From: Sulfurimonadaceae bacterium
Lineage (GTDB): Bacteria; Campylobacterota; Campylobacteria; Campylobacterales; Sulfurimonadaceae
Assembly (NCBI GenBank): GCA_041562555.1
Contig: JBFEXS010000001.1
Location: 17,916 to 81,915 of the forward strand
Direction of reading: 5' to 3'
Length of the DNA stretch: 64,000 nucleotides
How positions within the stretch are numbered: position 1 is the stretch's first letter; each line of letters begins with the position of its first letter. The position numbers were made by a program, and so were the translations under genes. The notes under the pieces were generated by a model that was not told the origin of the DNA, ran no database searches, and saw nothing but the letters and a program-made list of their open reading frames with translations. This document shows, piece by piece, positions 10,128 through 20,579 of the stretch.

Positions 10128-11522
10128 TCAGTTTTTCTCCCAAAATGTTCCCTGAGCCGTGTCCATGATAGAGATGTCAAGGCTTAGAAGTTCATCCCTT
10201 ATCGCATCAGAGGTGGCAAAGTCTTTCTCTTTTTTAGCGGCACTTCGTTGTTCAATCAGTGTTTCAATCTTCTCTTTCAGTGCGGAGTCGATACCAAACT
10301 GAAAATATTCAAAAGGGCTTTGAAGACCAAAGCCAAGGATCTCTTCGATATAGGCTAAATTTGCCAAGGTTTCACGTTTGATGACCTTGTCTTTAGGGTT
10401 GGCATCAAGAGTTTCGTTGGCATGGGATATCATATCATCAACAAGGGCAAGAGCTTTAGAGATGTTGAGATCATCGCTGAGTGCTTCAAGAAGTTCTGAT
10501 TGAAAGTTCGTTTTCTCTTGTGTCACTTTCATCCCGAAGAGACGTTTCTTGAGTCGATAAAGTTTGTCAAGGCGCTTTTTTGAAGAGATCAGATCCATCT
10601 CATTGAAGTTAAAGTCCCCCCTATAGTGTGTCGAGGAGAGGTAAAAACGCAGGACTTCTCCATGATAGGCTTGAAGGGCATCTTTTAGGAAGAAACTGTT
10701 GCCAAGACTCTTTGACATCTTCTCTCCGTCTATATTTACAAAACCGTTGTGCATCCAATATTTCGCCAGTTCCTGATCCTTGGCACACCGGTGCTGAGCT
10801 GCCTCGTTCTCATGATGGGGGAAGAGCAGGTCGGCACCTCCTCCATGGATGTCTATGGCATAGTCACCTTCAACGGCGAGGTACTGATCGATCATCGCTG
10901 CACATTCGGTATGCCATCCCGGACGTCCGGCTGAAAAAGCTGTTTCGTAACGAATACCTTCGTCAAAATGTTTCCAAAGTGCAAAATCGGCAGGACTTTT
11001 TTTATGGGTATTCTCTTCGATACGACTTTGAGTATCATCCTGGTCTTGTATACGGTTTGAGATACTCAAATATTTCGAGTCCTTTTGCGTATCAAAGTAG
11101 ACATCCCCGTCTTCTGTTTGGTAAGCATGCCCTTTTTCAATAAGTTTGGAGATGAGGGAGACCATAGCGTCCATGGATTCTGTGGCCTTAGGTTCTATAT
11201 CCGGTCGCAGAATGCCCAGGGCATCCATGTCCCTGTGATAGGCATCGATATAGAACTTTGTCAACTCTTCGAGGGTCTGACCCGTCTGCAAGATCTTATT
11301 GACGATTTTATCATCTATATCGGTGATGTTGCGGGCAAAGGTGACATCCAGACCATTGGCTTTTAAGACGCGTACCAGAAGGTCAAAAACCAGAGCACTC
11401 TTGGCATGCCCAAGGTGAGCATCATCATAGACGGTCGGGCCACATACATATAGGGTGGCTTTTCCGGGTATGATAGGTTCAAAGTTTTTTTTAGTTTTAC
11501 TGACGGTGTCAAATATAGTCAT
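10128..11522 (-). CDS. cysS: Cysteine--tRNA ligase
   Basis: CGPTVY, HLGH, GRPGWHTEC, KMSKS; start set to MTIFDT. Confidence 0.97.
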   Translation of the reverse strand: MTIFDTVSKTKKNFEPIIPGKATLYVCGPTVYDDAHLGHAKSALVFDLLVRVLKANGLDVTFARNITDIDDKIVNKILQTGQTLEELTKFYIDAYHRDMDALGILRPDIEPKATESMDAMVSLISKLIEKGHAYQTEDGDVYFDTQKDSKYLSISNRIQDQDDTQSRIEENTHKKSPADFALWKHFDEGIRYETAFSAGRPGWHTECAAMIDQYLAVEGDYAIDIHGGGADLLFPHHENEAAQHRCAKDQELAKYWMHNGFVNIDGEKMSKSLGNSFFLKDALQAYHGEVLRFYLSSTHYRGDFNFNEMDLISSKKRLDKLYRLKKRLFGMKVTQEKTNFQSELLEALSDDLNISKALALVDDMISHANETLDANPKDKVIKRETLANLAYIEEILGFGLQSPFEYFQFGIDSALKEKIETLIEQRSAAKKEKDFATSDAIRDELLSLDISIMDTAQGTFWEKN

Positions 11523-12915
11523 GAATGATCTCTTTAAATATAAATAGAATAAGGGTAAAAAGCAGGAGCCCAAGAAGGAGCCAAAGCATTTTTTTGTCTG
11601 AAAGTATAACGAAAAAGCGTTTTGTACCATAGGCTTTGATGGTATATATAAACAGAATAAGTCCACTTGCAGATGATGCCAAAGCAAGACCCATGGCCCC
11701 CATTGGCCGGATTAATACCAAGGAAAGTACTACATTGGCAATCAGGGCATAGGTCGCGATCTTGGCTGCTTCACCCTGTCGATGTTCGGCGTATAACTTC
11801 AAGGAAAAGAGTTTGCTTAGACCGTAGGGTAAGAGTCCGAGCATATACATCTGCAATACAAGCGCGGTGTTATGGGTGTCATCTGATGTGAAGGCACCTC
11901 GCTCGAACAGAAGCCAGATAATCTCTTCGGATAACACATACCCACCTATAAGCGAGAGGCTTAAAAGAGCTGTTAGAAACCAAAATGCCTGATAAAACGC
12001 CTTTTGTGCTTCATCATGCTTGTCATGCCGTAGGTAGCGTGAAATCCTGGGGAAAAGCGCAACGGAAGTAGCAATAGCGAAAAGAGCAAGGGGAAGTTGA
12101 AAAATGCGGTTGGCATAATAGAGGTAAGAGATAGAACCAGTAACTAAAAAACTTGCCGGCCAGGTGTCCAGAAAAGCCGAGAATTGTGCTGTTGAATTTC
12201 CCCATATCGCAGGGAAAAAGCTTCTTTGAAACCGTTTTTTACTTGTGCTGAGATCGCTTTTTTCAGCATTGAAATATTTGAAGCCACCCACTAAGAACTT
12301 TAGGATGCCTTTTTGTCTTGCCATAAGAAGATGGGAGACAAACTGCAAACATCCTCCCACGAGTACACCAAAGCTCAGATAATAGACAATCTCATCTGAA
12401 GCTTTGTCTTGTGCCAACAAAAGAGCAGAGATCATGGCCAGATTAAGTAACCCGGTAGAAAAAGCCGTAGTGGCAAAATGTTCCTTGTATTGCAACAACG
12501 CGGATAAAAAGCTGACGGCAAATATAAGGAGGAGGTAATAAAAGTTGATAGCTACAAAAGGAGCTGCCATTTCAAGAGTGTTCTCATCGAATCCCAAGGC
12601 AATGAGTTTGGCGGCATAATAGGGGAAAAGTTGTACACCGATGGTAAGCAATAGGATAATAAAGAAAAAAAGGACAAAGATGTGTACGGCGAAAATGGAC
12701 TTGTTCTTAGCTGCAGTAAAACTGGGAATAAAGCTTTGTGAAAAAGCACCTTCGGCAAAAATTCGTCTAAACAGATTTGGGAGTTTAAAGGCAATGAAAA
12801 AGATATCACTGTAGATGTTGGCACCTAGGAAAGAAGCAGTCAAGAGATCGCGTATAAAGCCCAAAACACGTGAAAAAAGTGTACCGATACTGTTAGTGAA
12901 TATTGATTTAAACAT
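11509..12915 (-). CDS. murJ: Lipid II flippase MurJ
   Basis: SRVLGFIRD, PNLFRRIFAEGAF, YYANRIFQLP; multi-TM. Confidence 0.95.
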   Translation of the reverse strand: MFKSIFTNSIGTLFSRVLGFIRDLLTASFLGANIYSDIFFIAFKLPNLFRRIFAEGAFSQSFIPSFTAAKNKSIFAVHIFVLFFFIILLLTIGVQLFPYYAAKLIALGFDENTLEMAAPFVAINFYYLLLIFAVSFLSALLQYKEHFATTAFSTGLLNLAMISALLLAQDKASDEIVYYLSFGVLVGGCLQFVSHLLMARQKGILKFLVGGFKYFNAEKSDLSTSKKRFQRSFFPAIWGNSTAQFSAFLDTWPASFLVTGSISYLYYANRIFQLPLALFAIATSVALFPRISRYLRHDKHDEAQKAFYQAFWFLTALLSLSLIGGYVLSEEIIWLLFERGAFTSDDTHNTALVLQMYMLGLLPYGLSKLFSLKLYAEHRQGEAAKIATYALIANVVLSLVLIRPMGAMGLALASSASGLILFIYTIKAYGTKRFFVILSDKKMLWLLLGLLLFTLILFIFKEIIHDYI

Positions 12916-12928
12916 AAGTCCCTGATTG

Positions 12929-12945
12929 TTGGTATACTAATTGCT
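12929..12945 (+). promoter_or_regulatory. Putative sigma54 (-24/-12) promoter for fapA
   Basis: TTGGTATACTAATTGCT = GG-N10-GC, about 55 nt upstream of the ATG at 13001. Confidence 0.65.
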
Positions 12946-13000
12946 AAAGTTTTGCGTATAATAGTATAATTAAAATAAAAGAACAAAGGGTGTCGATAAT

Positions 13001-14878
13001 ATGGGACAAAACGAAGCTAAGATAGATGAGTTTAAACCCTTTGTCGTACGTACAGACAATATTGCCAAAGAGTTGGTATCAACGGCAACCAATCATAAAC
13101 TCAAAGCCTCGGATCTTGATTTCAATCTACTGGAGGTGCAAACGTTCATCAAGAGAGAGGATACAGAGGAAGAGATCTCCTATGATGATTTCGACACATT
13201 AAATGATGAAGCGCTATTAGCGGATCCTACGGTAGAGATCCGCCAGAGTTACGAAGTGGAGATTGTTAAAGCGGACGATAATGACCCTTTTGGAAAACTC
13301 AACCTAAGTATTGGTGCCAACCCTAGTATGTCCCGTCTCTTTGCTTCGGTTAAGCCAGGTTCGGTGGTCGAGTATTATGAGGGGATGGCTACTGACCTGC
13401 GCCAATTTATCAACAAGCGTAAACTACGTGCACATATGCTGATTGGATTTTGGGATGCAAAATTTGATGAAGAGATAGCCAAGTTCGTGGCTAAAGTTCA
13501 AGTCGCTTCGACGCTTGAAGTCACCGAAAAAATTGTACTTGAGGTTGGGTCTGCTCTGGATCCGGTGACAACTGTTGATGACAAGCTGATAGTGCATTAT
13601 GAAAAAGAAGATGTCAAAGATGAGAAAGCGAAGGTAGACCATGCAAACCGAGGTTTTGTCAAAGGTATAAAAGCCGGTGACCTGCTTGTTGAATATATCA
13701 AGCCGAAAAAGGGTGAAGCCGGACGAAATTGCAGGGGGGAGTTTATTGAACCGACGGATCCTGTGATCGCAAATGTACCTAACTTCAATGTGAGTGAAAA
13801 GATCGAAGTTGTTGAGAACGAAGATAACATCGAATACCGTGCCAAAGAAAGCGGTTATGTGACTTTTGAGAACAATACCTATGATATCAAGGTTGAGGTG
13901 GAAGTCTCCGAAGTAAGTTTCAGAACGACCGGTTCTATCGGAGCCGGTGTTGATACGGATGTATCACTGAATGTAAAAGAGGCCGATGCTTTCAAAGATG
14001 CCATTGGTGCGGGGATGGAAATTGAGGTCAATGAGATCAATGTTGATGGCAATGTGGGAAACAATGCACGGATCAAAGCGAACAAAGTCAGTATCGAAGG
14101 ACAGACCCACCAAAGTTCTTATATTGAAGCTGATGATATCAAGATCAATATTCATAAGGGCAAGGTGAAGGGTAAGAAGATCTCAATTTCCCGTTTGGAA
14201 CAGGGTGTCGTTGAAGGTGAAACGGTAGAGGTGTTTCAAGCTACTGGTGGGAAAATTATCGGTAAGGAAGTGTTGATTGATACGATCTCTTCACATGTCA
14301 GTGTCATAGCCAGTTCAAAGATCGAGATCAATAACTTCAATGGAGAAGAGAACAGTTTTACGATCTCTCCCGTATTGTATGAATCAGATAAAGAGAGCCT
14401 GCACGATAATGAAGATGAGATCATTGAGCAAAAAAGAAAGGTCCGTAAATTAAAAGATGAGCTTGAGAAGAAGCAGAAGGTTCTCCAAACCAATGAGAGT
14501 GCGATCGTTGATCTGAAAAAACGTTTGGCTCATTACAAAAAAAGCGGAGCAAAAATGCCGGGCTCATTTGTCGTCAAGTTTAAAGAGTTCCAGGAGTTGC
14601 AAAAACAGATTGTCTCTTTGACTACGGAACTGCAACAGAGCGAAAGTAAACTTGAACTGCTTAATGCCAAAACCGATGCCTTGCAAGAGAATATACTGGA
14701 TGCGAAGATTATCAATCATGATACCTATAAGGGACATAATGAGATACGCTTTAAACTGCTTGAGCCAGAACTTGAGCTTTACTATGTTCCTAAAGGGCAG
14801 AGTGATGAAAAGTGTTTCATGTTTCATTATGATGAGGAGACAGAGTCTTACGAGATCAAAGGAAGTCATGAGATATAA
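13001..14878 (+). CDS. Flagellar assembly protein A family (FapA/DUF342)
   Basis: YIKPKKGEAGRNCRG, TTGSI, beta-helix-like V/I-rich repeats, coiled coil; upstream of ruvA. Confidence 0.8.
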   Translation: MGQNEAKIDEFKPFVVRTDNIAKELVSTATNHKLKASDLDFNLLEVQTFIKREDTEEEISYDDFDTLNDEALLADPTVEIRQSYEVEIVKADDNDPFGKLNLSIGANPSMSRLFASVKPGSVVEYYEGMATDLRQFINKRKLRAHMLIGFWDAKFDEEIAKFVAKVQVASTLEVTEKIVLEVGSALDPVTTVDDKLIVHYEKEDVKDEKAKVDHANRGFVKGIKAGDLLVEYIKPKKGEAGRNCRGEFIEPTDPVIANVPNFNVSEKIEVVENEDNIEYRAKESGYVTFENNTYDIKVEVEVSEVSFRTTGSIGAGVDTDVSLNVKEADAFKDAIGAGMEIEVNEINVDGNVGNNARIKANKVSIEGQTHQSSYIEADDIKINIHKGKVKGKKISISRLEQGVVEGETVEVFQATGGKIIGKEVLIDTISSHVSVIASSKIEINNFNGEENSFTISPVLYESDKESLHDNEDEIIEQKRKVRKLKDELEKKQKVLQTNESAIVDLKKRLAHYKKSGAKMPGSFVVKFKEFQELQKQIVSLTTELQQSESKLELLNAKTDALQENILDAKIINHDTYKGHNEIRFKLLEPELELYYVPKGQSDEKCFMFHYDEETESYEIKGSHEI

Positions 14879-14920
14879 GGACATTGGCATATATACATAT
14901 TTATTGAGAATGGAAATGGA

Positions 14921-15472
14921 ATGATCGTAGGAATTGAAGGAATTATTGAAAAAAAAGAACCGACGCTGGTGCATATCAATGTCAACGGACTTATTTACGA
15001 GGTCTATATCTCCATTAACACTTTCCATGCTTTGGATATGGAACGTATAAAGTTGTATACGGTACAGATTATTCGTGAAGATGCCCATAGTCTGTATGGT
15101 TTTTCAACGGAGAGCGAAAAGCAGATGTTTACACAACTGATCAAGATCAACGGAGTAGGCCCAAAGGTAGCCCTTGCGATCTGTTCTACGTATACCCCAA
15201 GCTCCTTTGCTGCTATCGTCCAGGCTAATGATGTTGGCTCACTTAAGCGCGTTCCGGGTATTGGCCCCAAAGGTGCGTCGCGCATCTTGGTTGAACTAAG
15301 CAACTTTGTCGTTGACACCAATGAAACTTCCACAACACCGTCTCAAGCAGAAGCTGCAATGGCACTGGAAAGTCTGGGCTTTAAAAAGGAACAGATTATT
15401 AAGGTTCTAAGTGGTATTCACTCCAGTGATACAGGTGAGATCGTCAAAGAAGCCCTTAAAAAGTTAAGTTGA
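14921..15472 (+). CDS. ruvA: Holliday junction branch migration protein RuvA
   Basis: [17 protein letters not shown] and VPGIGPK HhH motifs, ALESLGF. Confidence 0.97.
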   Translation: MIVGIEGIIEKKEPTLVHINVNGLIYEVYISINTFHALDMERIKLYTVQIIREDAHSLYGFSTESEKQMFTQLIKINGVGPKVALAICSTYTPSSFAAIVQANDVGSLKRVPGIGPKGASRILVELSNFVVDTNETSTTPSQAEAAMALESLGFKKEQIIKVLSGIHSSDTGEIVKEALKKLS

Positions 15473-15572
15473 TCAACTGGGTTTTTCTAGGATCAGAGGA
15501 ATCGACTCTTAGGGCTTGTTTTAAACTTTATTCGCTAAAATAAGCTTCTATTATTACATCAGGAATTTTATA

Positions 15573-16604
15573 TTGAACTTAGCAATACTTTTTGGCGGTG
15601 CCTCTTATGAACATGAGATCAGCATTGTCTCAGCCATCACCCTCAAAGAAAAACTTTCGACCTTGGATCTGGAGTTTATTTTTTTAGATCAAGATCATAC
15701 TTTTTATTATATCGATGCAAAGAGTATGGATGCTAAAACTTTTAGCAGTGGAGCGTATACAAAGATGCCGGTACTGCAATTAGAGCAGGGCGGGTTTTAT
15801 CAAAAAAACCTGTTTGGCAGCAAGAGCATGCGTTTTGATCGTGTCCTAAATCTCATACACGGTGCAGACGGAGAAGATGCGACGATCGCCTCGCTCTTTG
15901 AATTCTTTCATATCGACTACATCGGTCCGCGCAAAGATGCGAGTGTCATGAGCTTTGACAAGTTTATGACAAAGGCTTATGCAGGCGCGTGCAAGGTTGA
16001 TACTGTTTCATATGAAGTCCTGCATGGAGAGCGAACATCCAAGATAGCATTCCCACTGATCATCAAGCCTACACGTTTGGGTAGCTCCATTGGTGTGAGT
16101 ATTGTTAAACAACCTGAAGAGCTTGATTATGCTTTGGATGTGGCTTATGAGTTTGATGAGAGATTGCTTATTGAGCCTTTCATAGAAGGTGTTAAAGAGT
16201 ACAATGTCGCGGGATGCATGACTCGAGACGGTTTAAAGCTATCCATCGTCGAAGAACCGCAAAAGGATGAGTTTTTAGACTTTGACAAAAAATATTTGGA
16301 TTTTTCCCGATCGGAACAGGTACATGAAGCGGATATATCCGAGGAACTGAAAGCACGTCTGTATGAGGCTTTTGAAAAGATATATGTGCCAATCTTTGAG
16401 GGAGCCCTAATCCGATGTGATTTTTTTGTCCTTGATGACAAGGTTCTCTTGAATGAAATTAACCCGATTCCGGGGTCAATGGCGAATTATCTCTTTGAAG
16501 ACTTTACACAAGTTATCAAAGACCTGACTCTTCCACAGATGAAAGAGATACGGGTGAGTTATAACTATCTCCATTCAATCCGTTCGGCAAAAGGCAAGGC
16601 ATAG
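15573..16604 (+). CDS. ddl: D-alanine--D-alanine ligase
   Basis: FGGASYEHEISIVSA, HGADGED, GSSIGV, NEINPIPG; TTG start with AGGA RBS. Confidence 0.96.
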   Translation: MNLAILFGGASYEHEISIVSAITLKEKLSTLDLEFIFLDQDHTFYYIDAKSMDAKTFSSGAYTKMPVLQLEQGGFYQKNLFGSKSMRFDRVLNLIHGADGEDATIASLFEFFHIDYIGPRKDASVMSFDKFMTKAYAGACKVDTVSYEVLHGERTSKIAFPLIIKPTRLGSSIGVSIVKQPEELDYALDVAYEFDERLLIEPFIEGVKEYNVAGCMTRDGLKLSIVEEPQKDEFLDFDKKYLDFSRSEQVHEADISEELKARLYEAFEKIYVPIFEGALIRCDFFVLDDKVLLNEINPIPGSMANYLFEDFTQVIKDLTLPQMKEIRVSYNYLHSIRSAKGKA

Positions 16605-17327
16605 ATGGCTATCAAGAGTTTTCAACACGACCAGGCAAGTTTTAGTATCTCCTATGAGATCGTCAACCCCTCTGCCAAGCATGATCTGATAGTATTGCAT
16701 GGATGGGGTTCCAATAAAGAGATAATGAAACAGGCCTTTGGCGAGCACATGAAGAGTTTTCGTCATATTTATATCGATTTGCCCGGTTTTGGCGGAAGTA
16801 TCAATCACAAGGTGCTTGACACAGCTGAATATGCACGTATTATCGAACTTTTCTTAGAGCTGATCGGAGCGAAAAAAGAGATGATCATGGGACACTCCTT
16901 TGGTGGGAAAGTGGCTACACTGCTCAATCCTGATCTTTTGGTCTTACTCTCTTCCGCAGGGATTAAACTGCCGAAGTCATTCAATGTGAAACTTAAGATC
17001 AAATTGACAAAGCTGGCAAATGCTCTGGGGATAAGGAGTGTGAGTAGACTTTTTCGTGCAAACGATGCAAAGACGCTAAACCGCGTAATGTATGAAACAT
17101 TCAAAAAAGTTGTCGATGAGAATTTCTCCAAAGAGTTCTCTGAGTTTCATAATAAGGCTTTGATCTGCTGGGGAGAAAAAGACACTGCAACACCGGTGAT
17201 CGCCGGCCAGACAATTGCCGATCTCATTAAAAGAAACCGTTTTACGGTATATCAGGGAGATCATTATTTCTTTTTAAACAGAGCAAAGTCCATTGCTGCC
17301 GAAATTGAAAAGGAGTATCTAAAATAA
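16605..17327 (+). CDS. Alpha/beta hydrolase
   Basis: LHGWG, DLPGFG, GHSFGG nucleophile elbow, GDH. Confidence 0.92.
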   Translation: MAIKSFQHDQASFSISYEIVNPSAKHDLIVLHGWGSNKEIMKQAFGEHMKSFRHIYIDLPGFGGSINHKVLDTAEYARIIELFLELIGAKKEMIMGHSFGGKVATLLNPDLLVLLSSAGIKLPKSFNVKLKIKLTKLANALGIRSVSRLFRANDAKTLNRVMYETFKKVVDENFSKEFSEFHNKALICWGEKDTATPVIAGQTIADLIKRNRFTVYQGDHYFFLNRAKSIAAEIEKEYLK

Positions 17328-18784
17328 TGGCATATATAGAGTTGCTTCTTTTTGTGACCAATGTACTGTTTGTATTGAGTCTTGGCTGGTATCTCATCAC
17401 AAACCTGCAATGGTATAACTACCAGATCGATCGCGTTGTCACCAAGCATCATAAGCCGTGGTGGCACCTTTTTTACTTTATTCTGCCGTTTATGATCTAT
17501 TATGCCATGTATGCATTCAAGTGGGAAGAGTTCTTCAGTATCTATTTCTATTTTGCAGCGCTTCCGGCACTTTTCGTATGGCATAAAAAACTGGATAAAC
17601 CGCTGGTATTAACATGGCGGGTCAGGCGTTTTCTGATACTTTTGGTCTTTTTAACGCTCTTTCAAAACTTCTTATGCACGATTAAAGATGATTGTGAAGT
17701 GTATGGTGTGTTTATGCCACTGCTTGTGGCTACGATAGGTTCAATATTTATAGAGAAATTTTTATTCCTGGCGTACATGAAAGAGGCAAAGCAAAAGCTC
17801 ACGCAGATGAATGAGCTTAAAATTGTGGCGATTACGGGAAGTTATGGGAAGACGAGTATGAAAAACTTTGTCTTCCAGATTCTGCAAAAGAAATACAAGA
17901 CCTATATGACACCACGTTCGGTCAATACTTTGGGTGGTCTGATCAAGGACATTAATACGGATCTCCCTTCAGATACACAGGTCTATGTTGCAGAAGCGGG
18001 TGCAAGACAAAAAGGTGATATCTACCAGATAGCCCAACTATTAAATCATCATATTGCTATTGTCGGCAAGATTGGTCCGGCGCATATCGAATATTTTAAA
18101 TCTATTGAGAATATCGTCAGGACAAAATTGGAACTGATGCAGAGCAAACGTCTGGAGAAAGCCTTTGTCCATGAAAGTGCGACAAATGAACCACATGAAA
18201 AAGTCGAGTTTTTTGGCTCGGAGATCAGCGGTCTTCACTCAAGTCTTGAGGGGCTTAGATTCACACTTGAGATTGAAGGGAAGCGTTACCCTTTTGAGAC
18301 ACGTGTCCTGGGAGCATTTCAGGCAATCAATATCGCTGCTGCCGTAAAGGTGGCTCTGTATCTTGGTATGGGCATTGAGGAGATACAAAAAGCTGTTTCT
18401 GAACTTGAAGGGGTGGAGCATAGACTTCAACGTATCGATGCCGGTGGGAAAATCATCCTTGATGACGGGTTTAATGGAAACATTGATGGGATGAAAGAAG
18501 CGATAAACCTCTGTGCTGAACATCAGGGCCCCAAGGTGATTGTGACCCCGGGACTTGTGGAAAGCACGGATGAATTAAACCTTGAACTGATTGAAGAGAT
18601 CAATAAGGTCTTTGATACGGTCATCGTCACCGGTGCTTTGAATGCGGCTCTTTTCGATAAGCACCTGCATGTCAAGAATAAGATCATGCTAAGTGACAAG
18701 TCAAAACTGACGGATCTGCTGGCGAAACAGACTGCAAGCGGAGATATTATCCTCTTTGCAAATGATGCACCAAGTTTTATATGA
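17327..18784 (+). CDS. murF: Mur ligase, MurF-type with N-terminal TM segments
   Basis: ITGSYGKTS P-loop, EAGAR, HRLQ, DDGFNGN; ddl-hydrolase-murF order. Confidence 0.85.
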   Translation: MAYIELLLFVTNVLFVLSLGWYLITNLQWYNYQIDRVVTKHHKPWWHLFYFILPFMIYYAMYAFKWEEFFSIYFYFAALPALFVWHKKLDKPLVLTWRVRRFLILLVFLTLFQNFLCTIKDDCEVYGVFMPLLVATIGSIFIEKFLFLAYMKEAKQKLTQMNELKIVAITGSYGKTSMKNFVFQILQKKYKTYMTPRSVNTLGGLIKDINTDLPSDTQVYVAEAGARQKGDIYQIAQLLNHHIAIVGKIGPAHIEYFKSIENIVRTKLELMQSKRLEKAFVHESATNEPHEKVEFFGSEISGLHSSLEGLRFTLEIEGKRYPFETRVLGAFQAINIAAAVKVALYLGMGIEEIQKAVSELEGVEHRLQRIDAGGKIILDDGFNGNIDGMKEAINLCAEHQGPKVIVTPGLVESTDELNLELIEEINKVFDTVIVTGALNAALFDKHLHVKNKIMLSDKSKLTDLLAKQTASGDIILFANDAPSFI

Positions 18785-19263
18785 GATCACTAGATAGACT
18801 TAATGATCTGATTGCCCGTCTTAGCGCATCGGTATTAGTACTTCTTAGCTTTCTGATCGTCTATGATGCCTTATCCCGGTATCTTTTTCATTCAGGCTCC
18901 ATAGCGCTTCAAGAGCTAGAATGGCATCTTTTTGATCTGGTGATTTTATTAGGTATCTCTTTTGCCTTGAAAGAAGGTGCCCATGTTCGTGTTGATATCT
19001 TTTATGCCCATTTTAAGCCCAGAACAAAATCAATAGTCTCCATTATCTCGAATCTTTTTCTGATCCTGCCTTTTTCCATGTTGATCCTGTACATGGGATA
19101 TGACTTTGTACTTCAGAGTTATATCCAGAGCGAGGGTTCATGTGATCCAGGTGGACTGCCTTATCGTTTTGTTGTCAAAGGGGTTATGCTTCTAAGCTTT
19201 TTCCTTGTTGCAGTACAATCGGTAAGTGAGATTGTAAAACACATCAGAGGTCTTAATCAGTGA
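18781..19263 (+). CDS. TRAP transporter small permease (DctQ)
   Basis: 4 TM helices, QELEWH, HVRVDIFY. Confidence 0.92.
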   Translation: MRSLDRLNDLIARLSASVLVLLSFLIVYDALSRYLFHSGSIALQELEWHLFDLVILLGISFALKEGAHVRVDIFYAHFKPRTKSIVSIISNLFLILPFSMLILYMGYDFVLQSYIQSEGSCDPGGLPYRFVVKGVMLLSFFLVAVQSVSEIVKHIRGLNQ

Positions 19264-20540
19264 TTGCCTTTATAATGTTCGCACTTGCCCTGATATTATT
19301 GATGCTCGGTTTTGAAGTCGCTTTCGTTTTTGGGTCCGTCGCACTCTTTTTTGCCTTACTGTCTCCCGAGCTTGGTTTGGATGTGTTTCATTTTCTTCCT
19401 TTTAGAATCTACGGGATCATGAGCAACTTTACCTTGATGGCTGTTCCCTTGTTTATCTTTATGGGGCTTGTTTTGGAGAAAAGCCGTATGGCGGAAGACC
19501 TGTTGATCTCAATGAGCCGGCTGTTTGGCTCTGTACGTGGAGGGCTTGCAATCTCTGTAGTCCTGGTCGGGGCTATATTGGCAGCGTCGACAGGTATTGT
19601 GTCTGCTTCGGTTGTTATGATGTCCGTTATCGCACTGCCATTGATGTTGCAGCATGGATATTCCAGATCGCTTTCATCAGGTACCATAGCTGCTTCAGGT
19701 ACATTGGGGCAGATCATTCCTCCATCCATTGTACTGATCATTCTGGGTGATGTGATGAGTGTAAGTGTTGGGGACCTTTTTAAAGGGGCTGTACTCCCCG
19801 GATTTCTTCTGGTCGGTTTATATATTGGATACATAGTAATGTATGCTTTGATAAAAAAGGATGTAGCACCGGCTATAAAAGCAGACGGAGTAGGGATAGC
19901 AAAGAGTTTGCATGCGATCTTGCCCCCACTTATATTGATCTTTATCGTTCTGGGCTCTATCTTTGCAGGAATAGCATCACCCACGGAGTCTGCAGCATTC
20001 GGTGTCTTTGGTGCGATGATACTTGCAATCTATAAGCGAAGTTTTTCGCTGGAGATGGTGCAATATGCGAGTCTGACGACAGTCAAGCTCTCGGGGATGA
20101 TCTTTATGATATTGATTGGAGCCACCGCTTTTTCCTTGGTCTTTAACGAATTGGGAGGCTCGGATATCATCTTAGAGTTTTTTTCGGAGGATATTGCCGA
20201 TCCTTGGGTCTTTATCGCCTTTGCAATGCTGATAATCTTTATCCTTGGCTTTTTTATCGATTTCATTGAAATCTCGTTTATTGTGATCCCGATCATGGTG
20301 CCTATTCTGGGTGAATTGGGGATTGATCCGATCTGGTTCGCTATTCTTGTTGCGATGAACCTTCAAGCCTCGTTTATCACTCCTCCCTTCGGTCTGTCAC
20401 TCTTTTTTTTAAAGGGCGCTGCAAAGGAGCTGGTCACAACGGCGCAGATTTATAAAGGGATTGTCCCTTTTATATTTTTACAGTTAGTGGCATTGGGGCT
20501 GGTTATGATCTTCCCTGATTTGGTTTTTGCGTTTTTATAA
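19260..20540 (+). CDS. TRAP transporter large permease (DctM)
   Basis: AVPLFIFMG, GTLGQIIPPS, PTESAA, SFITPPFG. Confidence 0.95.
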   Translation: MIAFIMFALALILLMLGFEVAFVFGSVALFFALLSPELGLDVFHFLPFRIYGIMSNFTLMAVPLFIFMGLVLEKSRMAEDLLISMSRLFGSVRGGLAISVVLVGAILAASTGIVSASVVMMSVIALPLMLQHGYSRSLSSGTIAASGTLGQIIPPSIVLIILGDVMSVSVGDLFKGAVLPGFLLVGLYIGYIVMYALIKKDVAPAIKADGVGIAKSLHAILPPLILIFIVLGSIFAGIASPTESAAFGVFGAMILAIYKRSFSLEMVQYASLTTVKLSGMIFMILIGATAFSLVFNELGGSDIILEFFSEDIADPWVFIAFAMLIIFILGFFIDFIEISFIVIPIMVPILGELGIDPIWFAILVAMNLQASFITPPFGLSLFFLKGAAKELVTTAQIYKGIVPFIFLQLVALGLVMIFPDLVFAFL

Positions 20541-20579
20541 GTTACCATATAGATAAATAACATATCAGGGGAAAGTCTT

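Noticed and set aside
10628..11143. 171-aa antisense ORF inside cysS, and similar shadow ORFs (14564-15088, 19409-19984, 36792-37310, 46405-46941)
   Set aside because: They overlap well-supported genes on the opposite strand and show no motifs
12971..12999. Sigma28 promoter (TAAA...GTCGATAA) before fapA
   Set aside because: Spacing is 12 or 17 nt rather than about 15, and the box abuts the start codon
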